A stretch of DNA of 29,163 nucleotides. It comes from an uncultured Verrucomicrobiota bacterium. GTDB lineage: Bacteria > Verrucomicrobiota > Kiritimatiellia > RFP12 > UBA3636. The notes below the pieces were generated by a model, which worked only from the letters and a program-made list of their open reading frames with translations, was not told the origin of the DNA and made no database searches. Shown piece after piece: positions 1-7,011 of the stretch (within the stretch, counting starts at the first letter, position 1; each line of letters starts with the position of its first letter). The position numbers and the translations under genes were made by a program. The stretch lies in the NCBI GenBank assembly GCA_946624575.1, contig CAMOSH010000025.1:1-29163 (forward strand), given 5' to 3'.

Positions 1-6
1 CATCGA

Positions 7-80
7 TTCCGCTTTTGCTAACTACAAATTTTCCGCTTTTGAAAACTACGCGACATTCCGCTTTTTTGTTGTTGCAACGC
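7..80. promoter_or_regulatory. About 2.5 tandem copies of a 24-25 bp unit (TTCCGCTTTTG-N3-AACTAC) starting at 7, 31 and 56. A 10-bp perfect palindrome CAACGCGTTG follows. Candidate transcription-factor binding array upstream of nfeD/flotillin.
   Basis: The direct repeats can be read off the sequence. The spacing of about two helical turns is typical of regulator binding arrays. The array sits at the window edge, so its context is incomplete. Confidence 0.3.
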
Positions 81-100
81 GTTGTCGACCGTGGTACCAT
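72..100 (+). promoter_or_regulatory. Possible sigma70-type promoter TTGCAA-N17-TACCAT upstream of nfeD-like gene
   Basis: Hexamers TTGCAA (72-77) and TACCAT (95-100) with a 17-bp spacer, about 50 bp upstream of the ATG at 149. This is weak, consensus-only evidence. Confidence 0.2.
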
Positions 101-148
101 TGCGGCGGCGTTTGCAATGGCGCATCGCCGTGTCTGGAGAGTCTTGCC

Positions 149-730
149 ATGCATTTGCAGTCCGTTTTCTTTGCCTTTGCCGTTGTGGGCGGAACGTTTT
201 TCGTTCTGCGTTCGGTGTCGCTTTTCGCGGGCTTCGGCATGGACGACGCCGCTTCCGGCGGTGCCGAAGGGGCGGATTTCGACGCTGGCGACTCTGCCGC
301 GGTTGGCGACTCGGATGGCTCTCCCTCGGGGGATTTCCGGCTCTTCACCCTCAACGGTCTCGTTTCGTTTGCGTTTCTTTTCGGACTGACGGGCTGGCTG
401 CTGCTGCGCGACGGCGTGGCCGGTCCGGTGGCGGCGTCGGTGGCGGCTGTCGCCGTCGGTACGTTCGCGATGTGGGCGACCGGCAGGATTTTCAGCGGCG
501 CGCGCAAGCTTCAGACCGACGGGACGGTCCGCATCGCCGATGCCGTCGGCGCCGATGGCGAGGTGTATTTGGCCATCCGTCCCGGAAAGGCCGGGCAGGT
601 GCGCGTCGTGGCGCGCGGCCAGAGCAAGATATTCGACGCCAGGGCGAGCGACCCGGCCGAGGATCTTCCGACAGGGACCCCAGTGCGGGTGCTGTCCGCC
701 GACACGGCGCTCGTGGTGGCGAGGAAGTGA
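149..730 (+). CDS. NfeD-like short-form membrane protein (YqiJ family), the flotillin partner
   Basis: There are two N-terminal hydrophobic segments separated by an acidic Gly/Asp-rich linker. The C-terminus is an OB-fold-like soluble domain (VRIADAVGADGEVYLAIRPGKAGQVRVVARGQSKIF). It sits immediately upstream of a flotillin gene, as yqiJ does upstream of yqiK in E. coli. Confidence 0.6.
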   Translation: MHLQSVFFAFAVVGGTFFVLRSVSLFAGFGMDDAASGGAEGADFDAGDSAAVGDSDGSPSGDFRLFTLNGLVSFAFLFGLTGWLLLRDGVAGPVAASVAAVAVGTFAMWATGRIFSGARKLQTDGTVRIADAVGADGEVYLAIRPGKAGQVRVVARGQSKIFDARASDPAEDLPTGTPVRVLSADTALVVARK

Positions 731-787
731 GGCCGCGGAGTCCGTTTCAAGTTCGTTTTTTCACCAGATCAGGAGTTCAAACAAGTC

Positions 788-2272
788 ATGACAGCAATAG
801 TTCCAGAGGCGTTTCCGTTTTTCGCGGAGTCGGGGGCCGGTGCGTTCCTTTCGATACTTGTCGCGCTGGGCGCGGTGCTTTTCGTCGCGATTGCCACGGT
901 GGCGCGCTTCTACAAGCGTTGTCCGTCGGACCGGATACTCGTGATCTACGGCAAGGTCGCGGGCGGGCGCTCTGCGCATTGCATACACGGCGGCGGCGCG
1001 TTCGTGGTTCCGCTCATTCAGGATTATTCGTACATCAGCCTGACGCCGATGACGATCAACATCCCGCTTCAGGGCGCGCTTTCGTTCCAGAACATCCGCA
1101 TCAATGTTCCGAGCACCTTCACGGTTGGCGTTTCGACCGATCCGGCCGTCATGGTGAACGCGGCGGAGCGCCTGCTTGGCCTTCGGGCGGAGGCGATCGA
1201 GGACATGGCCAAGGAAATCATCTTCGGCCAGCTACGCCTCACCGTCGCCTCGCTCACGATTGAGCAGATCAACCAGGACCGCGAGAGCTTCCTGTCGGAA
1301 ATCCGCCAGAACGTCGAGCCCGAGCTCAACAAGATCGGCCTGAACCTGATCAACGTCAACATCACCGACATCACCGACGAGAGCGACTACATCGAAAGCA
1401 TCGGCAAAAAGGCTGCGGCCGAGGCGATCAACAAGGCGAAGGTGGACGTCGCCAAGGAGCAGAAGGTCGGCGCCATCGGCGAGGCCGAGAACAATCGCGA
1501 CATGGTGGTGAGCGTCCGAGAAAACGCTGCCGAGGCCGAGAAGGGCAAGAAGCGCGCCGAGGCCGGGCAGCGCGTCTTCATAGCGGAGCAGGAGGCGGCG
1601 GCTGTCGATGGCGAAAACGCCTCGAAGGCGCAGATTGCCGAATCCAATTCAAAGCTCGCCGTGCGCACGGCCGAGGCGATGCGCGTGGCCGAGGTCGCCA
1701 ACCGCACTGCGGAGGCCGCGATCCAGAAGGCGCAGTACGACGTCGAAATCCAGCGCCTCGCCGCAGCGGAGATCGCCAAGAAGGAAACCGAACGCAGGCA
1801 GATCCAGATCACGGCCGAAGCCGAGGCGGACCGCCTTCGCACCGTCGCCAAGGGCGAGGCCGACGGCGTCCTTCTCAAGTACCAGGCCGAGGCGGAGGGC
1901 GTCAGGACGCTTCTCGCCGGCAAGGCGGCAGGCTACAAGGAGCTGGTCGAAAGCGCCGGCGGCAACGCGCAGGCCGCGGCCACGCTGCTCATGGTCGAAA
2001 AGCTCGAGGCCATTGTCGAGCGCCAGGCGCAGGCGATTTCCAATCTCAAGATTGACAAGGTCACTGTCTGGGACGCCGCCGGCGGCGGCGACGGCAAGGG
2101 GTCTTCTACGGCGAATTTCGTTTCTTCGCTCGTGAAGTCCCTGCCCCCGCTTCAGGATGTCGCCGCAATGGCAGGTGTCGAGCTCCCGGACTACCTCGGT
2201 CGCGTCAGGGAGTCCGCGCCGACTTCTCCGGATGCGCCGGCCTCCGCGGGCGGTTCGTCCGGAAAAGTCTGA
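788..2272 (+). CDS. Flotillin-like SPFH/band-7 domain protein (YqiK/FloT type)
   Basis: The N-terminus has a TM anchor. An SPFH domain follows, then a long coiled-coil rich in A/E/K/Q (EA-repeat region), which is typical of bacterial flotillins. An AGGAG RBS lies 8 nt upstream. Confidence 0.85.
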   Translation: MTAIVPEAFPFFAESGAGAFLSILVALGAVLFVAIATVARFYKRCPSDRILVIYGKVAGGRSAHCIHGGGAFVVPLIQDYSYISLTPMTINIPLQGALSFQNIRINVPSTFTVGVSTDPAVMVNAAERLLGLRAEAIEDMAKEIIFGQLRLTVASLTIEQINQDRESFLSEIRQNVEPELNKIGLNLINVNITDITDESDYIESIGKKAAAEAINKAKVDVAKEQKVGAIGEAENNRDMVVSVRENAAEAEKGKKRAEAGQRVFIAEQEAAAVDGENASKAQIAESNSKLAVRTAEAMRVAEVANRTAEAAIQKAQYDVEIQRLAAAEIAKKETERRQIQITAEAEADRLRTVAKGEADGVLLKYQAEAEGVRTLLAGKAAGYKELVESAGGNAQAAATLLMVEKLEAIVERQAQAISNLKIDKVTVWDAAGGGDGKGSSTANFVSSLVKSLPPLQDVAAMAGVELPDYLGRVRESAPTSPDAPASAGGSSGKV

Positions 2273-3120
2273 TTCCGCCGCGCGAGACGGGCGGCGATTT
2301 CGTCGAAGGCTTCGTCGCGGACGTGCAGTCCGCCGTAGGCAACGCCTATTCGGATGTTCGGCTTGTTGGTGCCGTGGTAGTCGGTGCCGCCGGTGATGAC
2401 CAGTCCGAACTTGTGCGCAAGCCCGACGTATTCCTCCACCTGTCTCGGCAGGTGCCCCGAGTAGAGGCACTCAAGCCCTTCCAGACCCGCGTCCGCAAGG
2501 CGAGAGACGAAGCGTTCGAGTTCCGCGACGTTGTAGCCGGTTGTAGCCGGATGCGCCAGGGCGACCATGCCGCCTGCGCCGCGCGCGACTTCGATCGCCG
2601 TCTCGGGCGAAAGTCGGAAGCGCTCTGCGTAGGCCGGGGCGCCGCGCGCCAGGAAGCGACGGAACGCGTCGGCCTTGTCCGCCGCGAATCCCCTGCGCAC
2701 CAGCGCCGCCGCGATGTGCGGGCGCCCGACGACGTCGCCGCCGGCTTCAGTCGCCGCCTCCTCGCGCGTCACCGGGCATCCCAGGCGCGCAAGTTTCCTG
2801 AAGATTTCGTCGTTGCGCTCCGTCCTGCCTTCGCGAAGTCTGCGAAGCGCGTCGGCCATTCGCGGCTCGGCGGCGTCGCATCCGTAGCACAGCAGATGCA
2901 CCGTCCTGCCCGGTACGTCGGCCGAGAGTTCCAGACCTGGCATCGCGCGGAGTCCGAGCGTGCGCGCCGCCGCGAGAAAGCGTGGGACGCCGTCCATCGT
3001 GTCGTGGTCCGTGAGGATTGCCGCGCTCAGACCCGCATCCACCGCGAGCCGGGCGATGCGTTCGGGGGTGTCCGTGCCGTCGGAAAAGACGGAGTGCAGG
3101 TGCAAGTCGCAGTATGGCAT
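2191..3120 (-). CDS. PHP-domain metal-dependent phosphoesterase (TrpH/YciV-like)
   Basis: The N-terminus is CDLHLHSVFSDGT, the PHP histidine motif, and the protein also carries the DHDT and GGTDYHG motifs. Its 3' end overlaps the flotillin 3' end by ~80 bp, so the true C-terminus of one of the two may be shorter. Confidence 0.8.
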   Translation of the reverse strand: MPYCDLHLHSVFSDGTDTPERIARLAVDAGLSAAILTDHDTMDGVPRFLAAARTLGLRAMPGLELSADVPGRTVHLLCYGCDAAEPRMADALRRLREGRTERNDEIFRKLARLGCPVTREEAATEAGGDVVGRPHIAAALVRRGFAADKADAFRRFLARGAPAYAERFRLSPETAIEVARGAGGMVALAHPATTGYNVAELERFVSRLADAGLEGLECLYSGHLPRQVEEYVGLAHKFGLVITGGTDYHGTNKPNIRIGVAYGGLHVRDEAFDEIAARLARRNQTFPDEPPAEAGASGEVGADSLTRPR

Positions 3121-3123
3121 GGC

Positions 3124-3981
3124 TTATTTGCGACCGGTGAGAATTATGGTTGACGGGATGCGGTCGAGCTCCCCGCCGTGGTCGGCCCAGTCGTCGCTGG
3201 TGTAGGGCGCGGCGGTGGTGGCTGGCGGCTCCAGCAGACGTTCCACGGCTAGGCCCGCCATGCGGAACCATTCGAACCAGGCCGACACCGGCCAGGCGCG
3301 CGACACCACATGCCCGTTGCCGTCGTTTCGGACGTCGTCGGGTGGATTGAAGTAGTCCGTCAGGAAAAGCCCCGCTCCGGCCGGAACGTCCGCTCCGCCG
3401 TCTGCGTCCTCGAAGTCCCCCTCGATCCATTCCCCGTTGAAGAGCGGGTGCACTGCGGAAACGACGACCATTCCGCCCGGACGTGTCATTGCGGCCATCG
3501 CCGCGACGGCCCTGCCCGGATCCTCCACGAATTCCAGCGCGTGGGACGAGTGCACAAGGGAAAATGTCCGCCCGTTGGCCGCTTCCGGGAAGTCTTCGAT
3601 CCCGGAGCGGATGAATTCGATTTCGGCGCCGGCGGCCGAGGAAAGCGTCCGTGCACGCCGGAGTTGCGCTTCGGATACGTCGGCGGCGACGCATCGCCAG
3701 CCGCGCTTCGAGAGCCAGATGCTGTTTTGTGCGCCGCCGCAGCCCAGTTCCAGCGCGTCGGCGCAATTGGCCGGCGGGAGCGGCGGCAGCAGTTTCAGGA
3801 CGCTTTCTCCGGGAATCTGCGGGCCGTAGTGGAAGTCGTCGGTCGCGATCCGCGTGATGCGGGAGTATTCCGGTGAAAGCGCGTTCCAGTACGAGCGCTG
3901 CGCCTCCCTGTCGATGCGCTCGCGCGGATCCGGGCGAGCGGCGCCGGACTGGCGGCTGTTGTCTGGTTCGTTCGTTTGCAT
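3124..3981 (-). CDS. Class I SAM-dependent methyltransferase
   Basis: Motif I LELGCGGAQNSIWLSKRGWRCVAADVS has the Rossmann GxGxG. The start was set to MQTNEP (ATG at 3981). The longer ORF in the track (to 4299) is a GC-rich 5' extension that runs through the heptamer repeat. The stop lies 3 bp from the start of the PHP gene, so the two are probably co-transcribed. Confidence 0.7.
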   Translation of the reverse strand: MQTNEPDNSRQSGAARPDPRERIDREAQRSYWNALSPEYSRITRIATDDFHYGPQIPGESVLKLLPPLPPANCADALELGCGGAQNSIWLSKRGWRCVAADVSEAQLRRARTLSSAAGAEIEFIRSGIEDFPEAANGRTFSLVHSSHALEFVEDPGRAVAAMAAMTRPGGMVVVSAVHPLFNGEWIEGDFEDADGGADVPAGAGLFLTDYFNPPDDVRNDGNGHVVSRAWPVSAWFEWFRMAGLAVERLLEPPATTAAPYTSDDWADHGGELDRIPSTIILTGRK

Positions 3982-4030
3982 GATGTCGCGAAGGATAGTC
4001 CTGCGCCCCTCCGTTCGCAAGGCCGCAACG

Positions 4031-4065
4031 GCATTCGACATTCGGCATTTGACATTCGACATTCG
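4031..4065. repeat. Five tandem copies of the heptamer RCATTYG (GCATTCG ACATTCG GCATTTG ACATTCG ACATTCG) in a divergent promoter region
   Basis: Read directly from the sequence. It lies between the methyltransferase start (3981, minus) and the bS22 start (4220, plus). Confidence 0.7.
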
Positions 4066-4219
4066 ACCTTCCCCGCCAGTTGAATTTTTTTGGTGGACGC
4101 GGCGGCGTCGTTTGTTGTAGTATTGCGCGCCGTTGCCGCCCCGTTGGCGTTTTTCGCCGATCAGGGGGCGGCGATGCCATACCCGAAAAACCAGAAAACA
4201 CAGACAGGAGCAACCCACC

Positions 4220-4309
4220 ATGGGTTCGATCAAGAAGAAGCGCCGCGCCAAGATGTCGAAGCACAAGCACGACAAACGCATCAAGCTCGAGCGGCACAAG
4301 ACCCGCTAG
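4220..4309 (+). CDS. bS22-like mini ribosomal protein (29 aa, MGSIKKKRRAKMSKHKHDKRIKLERHKTR)
   Basis: A 29-codon ORF with a GGAG RBS 9 nt upstream. It is extremely basic and closely resembles the MGS(V)IKKRRK(R)MSKKKHRK pattern of actinobacterial and Bacteroidetes bS22. An intrinsic-terminator-like hairpin follows it. The 6-frame track misses it because it is too short. Confidence 0.6.
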   Translation: MGSIKKKRRAKMSKHKHDKRIKLERHKTR

Positions 4310-4348
4310 CGTGCCGTTTGACAAAAAGCCGGTCCATTGCAGGGCGGT

Positions 4349-4376
4349 GGCGTTTCCCCGCGAAACGCCCGTTTTC
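4349..4376 (+). terminator. Rho-independent terminator-like hairpin (GGCGTTTC-CCCGC-GAAACGCC followed by CGTTTTC)
   Basis: An 8-bp GC-rich stem with a 5-nt loop and a T-run immediately 3', located 40 bp after the bS22 stop. Confidence 0.5.
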
Positions 4377-4448
4377 GGCGCGGCGAAAGGCGTCGGATAC
4401 GGGTGGCAAAGCGGGGATGCGGCTTTGCTTGCAGGTGACCGGTTCTTT

Positions 4449-5813
4449 ATGAACGGCGTGCCGACGTCCTTTTCGGCCATGCCATCCACGAGGCGCTCCG
4501 CCGGTTCCCGGTTCAGGTCAAGACTGCCGGTTCTGGCGGCGGTTGTCTTGGTTGCATCCCTGGTGTCGGCCTGCTCGCGCGACAAGGCGCGTCCGGGCGG
4601 CGGCGCTGGCGATGGTGGCGCGGGAGTTTCGTCCGGCGCTTTGTCGGCAGTATCCGACAACGCGCTAGTCCGCGCTTTGGCGCTTACGGCCGAGGGAGTC
4701 TGGCTTTCCGGCGAAGGCGAGTCGTCCGCCGAGGAGTCCTCGGGCGATTTCGGCGATGCCGTGATGGCGTTTCGCGAAGCCGCCGCGCTTGTTCCCGCCG
4801 CGCGCGCTCCCGCGCGTCAGCTTGCCGCTCTTCTCGAGGATTTCGATCCTGCGGGAAGCGCGAAAGCCCTTCTGGTCTTGGCCCGCGAGACCGACAGTGC
4901 CGACGATTGGCTTGCGGCCATGCTTGCGGCCACCGATTCCGCGGTGCCGGAAGAAGTCTTTCTTGAGGCGGCCGTCGCGTTCGAGCGCAGTCAGCCGCCG
5001 CCCGCTCCGGCGCCGCGCGGCCTCCGGGAGGCACTGCTCGCCAAGGCCTGGTTGGAGCGCGACCCAGGCTCCGACCGAGGTCCGCGTTTTTTTCGCCAGG
5101 CCCTTGAGCTTGCGTCCGCCGCTCCCGGAAAACTGCGTCCGGACATGCTTTACGCCGCGCTGTCCGAGATTCTGCGAGAGGGCGCCGCGCCTTTGCCTGT
5201 TCGCGCCGCGGCGGCGTTGCGCATCGAACGCGCCCTTCGCGACAACATGCCGGACGTTTTCCGGTCGGAGTGCCTGGCGGCCCTTTCCGAATCCGCCGAA
5301 GCCTGGTTGGCCTTGGGAGTCGCCGCGACGCCGCTGGCCGAGGCGCTTCGGGAGCGGCTCGACGAAACCGCGCTGTTCTTTGCAAAGGGGTTTTCTGCGG
5401 CTTTGCATTCCGGCGACGCGCTGTACGAGGCGGGCGACGTCGTCGGCGCCCTGCGCGCCTGGAAGGACGCCTTGGACGACGATCCTCCGTGCGCTCCGGT
5501 TCTTGCAAACAACATCGCCTACGTTTCGGCGATTTCCGGCGGGGATTTGGACGATGCCCTTCGCTTTGCGGACATCGCTGTCTCCGCCCATCCGACCAAT
5601 CCCACAGCGCTTGACACCCTCGCGTGGATTTTCCATCTGCGCGGCGACGCGGCTGACGCCGCCATCACCATGCGCAAGACCCTGAAATGCGGCGGCTTCT
5701 CCTCCCATGAAATCTGCGCGCACGCTTCCGAAATCGCCGCCGCGGCCGGCAACCGTTCGGCAGCGAAGCACTGGCGCGAGCGCGCTGCCGAACTCCGGAG
5801 CAAACGACAATGA
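4449..5813 (+). CDS. TPR-repeat lipoprotein (lipobox LVSAC)
   Basis: The signal peptide is RLPVLAAVVLVASLVSAC|S, with Cys as the lipidation site. The C-terminus has TPR-like helical repeats (ALYEAGDVVGALRAWKDALDDDP...). The start could be 4449 or 4479. The stop overlaps the following GT1 start (ATGA). Confidence 0.6.
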   Translation: MNGVPTSFSAMPSTRRSAGSRFRSRLPVLAAVVLVASLVSACSRDKARPGGGAGDGGAGVSSGALSAVSDNALVRALALTAEGVWLSGEGESSAEESSGDFGDAVMAFREAAALVPAARAPARQLAALLEDFDPAGSAKALLVLARETDSADDWLAAMLAATDSAVPEEVFLEAAVAFERSQPPPAPAPRGLREALLAKAWLERDPGSDRGPRFFRQALELASAAPGKLRPDMLYAALSEILREGAAPLPVRAAAALRIERALRDNMPDVFRSECLAALSESAEAWLALGVAATPLAEALRERLDETALFFAKGFSAALHSGDALYEAGDVVGALRAWKDALDDDPPCAPVLANNIAYVSAISGGDLDDALRFADIAVSAHPTNPTALDTLAWIFHLRGDAADAAITMRKTLKCGGFSSHEICAHASEIAAAAGNRSAAKHWRERAAELRSKRQ

Positions 5814-6880
5814 CACTTCATCAAATCGTGGCCGGTTTCCGGCTGGGCGACGCCATAAGCAACGAGGCCGTCCGCATCCGCGATCTTTGCACGGCGCATG
5901 GCGTCCGGTCAGACATAAGCTGCCAGCGCGCGACGACGCAGCCGGAAGCCGTCGCTTCAGTTAAGGACGTCGAGGCGTTGCGCGGTGAAGTCCGTCCCGA
6001 CGACGTCGCGCTGCTCCATCTTTCCATCGGAAGCGTCTCCAATCGCGTTTTCGCCGGGCTGCCATGCCGCAAGGTCATTCTCTACCACAACGTCACCCCT
6101 CCGCGGTTCTTCGAGCGGCTCAATCCGTCTACGGCCCAGGTGCTGGCCGACGGACTCAAGGAAGTCGCGGCGCTCAGGGACGCCGCGGACGACGTGTGGG
6201 CCGTGAGCGAATTCAACGCCGGCGAGCTTCGCGCGATGGGCTATCGGTCAGTGCGGGTGCTGCCGCTGCTGCTCGACGTCGCCGGTCCCGCCGCCGGTCC
6301 GGTCGATCCCGGCATGCGCCGGACTCTTGGCGATCCTCCAGTGACGAATCTGCTGTTCGTCGGGCGTCTGGCCCCGAACAAGCGGCACGACAGGCTGCTG
6401 GAGATATTTTCCGCATACAGCAGGACGATTGACTCTTCGGCGCGGATGGTGTTCGTTGGCGGCAGTGGCGGCGCCGAGACGTACAAGGCGCTGCTGCTCG
6501 GCACGGCGTACGCTCTGGTGGCGAAAAACGTGGTTTTCACCGAGTTCGTCGACGACGCTAAGCTGCGCGCGTGCTACGCGACGGCGACGGCGTTCGTGTG
6601 CGCGAGCGAACACGAGGGCTTTTGCGCGCCTCTGCTCGAGGCGATGGCATGGCGCGTTCCGGTGTTTGCCGCGGCGGCGTGCGCGATTCCTGAGACGATG
6701 GACGGCGCCGGGGTGCTGTTTTCGCCGGATGCGCCGCCGGAAGTCGTGGCGGAGACCATTGGCAGGGTGCTGCGCGATCCCGGGCTCAAGGAGAAGGTGC
6801 TCAAGCGGCAGGACGAGCGCATCGCCCGCTTCCGCGCCCGCGACGAGTGGGCGGAACTCCGCGTACTTCTTGGCGTCTGA
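5810..6880 (+). CDS. Family 1 (GT4-type) glycosyltransferase
   Basis: The C-terminal GT-B half carries the EHEGFCAPLLEAMAWRVPV motif (the EX7E-like signature of GT4). It is translationally coupled to the upstream TPR lipoprotein. Confidence 0.8.
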   Translation: MTLHQIVAGFRLGDAISNEAVRIRDLCTAHGVRSDISCQRATTQPEAVASVKDVEALRGEVRPDDVALLHLSIGSVSNRVFAGLPCRKVILYHNVTPPRFFERLNPSTAQVLADGLKEVAALRDAADDVWAVSEFNAGELRAMGYRSVRVLPLLLDVAGPAAGPVDPGMRRTLGDPPVTNLLFVGRLAPNKRHDRLLEIFSAYSRTIDSSARMVFVGGSGGAETYKALLLGTAYALVAKNVVFTEFVDDAKLRACYATATAFVCASEHEGFCAPLLEAMAWRVPVFAAAACAIPETMDGAGVLFSPDAPPEVVAETIGRVLRDPGLKEKVLKRQDERIARFRARDEWAELRVLLGV

Positions 6881-6882
6881 CT

Positions 6883-7011
6883 AGAGCGGTTTCAGCAATT
6901 CTGTAGCCGTTGCCACGGTAGGGACGTTTCCACGAAACGTCCGCAAATGCGGGCGCGCCGTGGGCACGCCCCTACCTTTTAAACGGCTACACTTCAAATG
7001 AAACCGCTCTA
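6883..7011. repeat. Nested inverted-repeat element (~130 bp) between convergent genes. An outer 13-bp perfect IR (TAGAGCGGTTTCA / TGAAACCGCTCTA) and an inner 9-bp IR (GTAGCCGTT / AACGGCTAC) enclose the hairpins GGACGTTTC-CAC-GAAACGTCC and a GGTAGGG...CCCTACC stem.
   Basis: Read directly from the sequence. It looks like a multi-branched structure rather than a simple terminator, because neither strand has a U-tract after the stems. Confidence 0.6.

Noticed and set aside
88-115. Sigma-54 promoter (TGGTACC...TTGCA) upstream of nfeD
   Set aside because: The GG-to-GC spacing does not fit the -24/-12 geometry.
82-5816. Many long ORFs in alternative frames (e.g. 82..1263+, 1649..2470-, 2747..4660-, 3124..4299 N-terminal extension, 4665..5816-, 4684..5508-)
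   Set aside because: They are Arg/Pro/Ser/Gly-rich with no recognisable motifs, and they overlap well-supported genes on the other strand or frame. Open off-frames of this kind are expected in 68% GC DNA.
6921-6945. parS site for the nearby orphan ParB (GGACGTTTC-CAC-GAAACGTCC)
   Set aside because: Canonical parS is a 16-bp perfect palindrome TGTTTCAC|GTGAAACA without a 3-nt spacer. Here the half-sites are separated by CAC, and the element is embedded in a larger nested palindrome. It is more likely part of a structured element or terminator.
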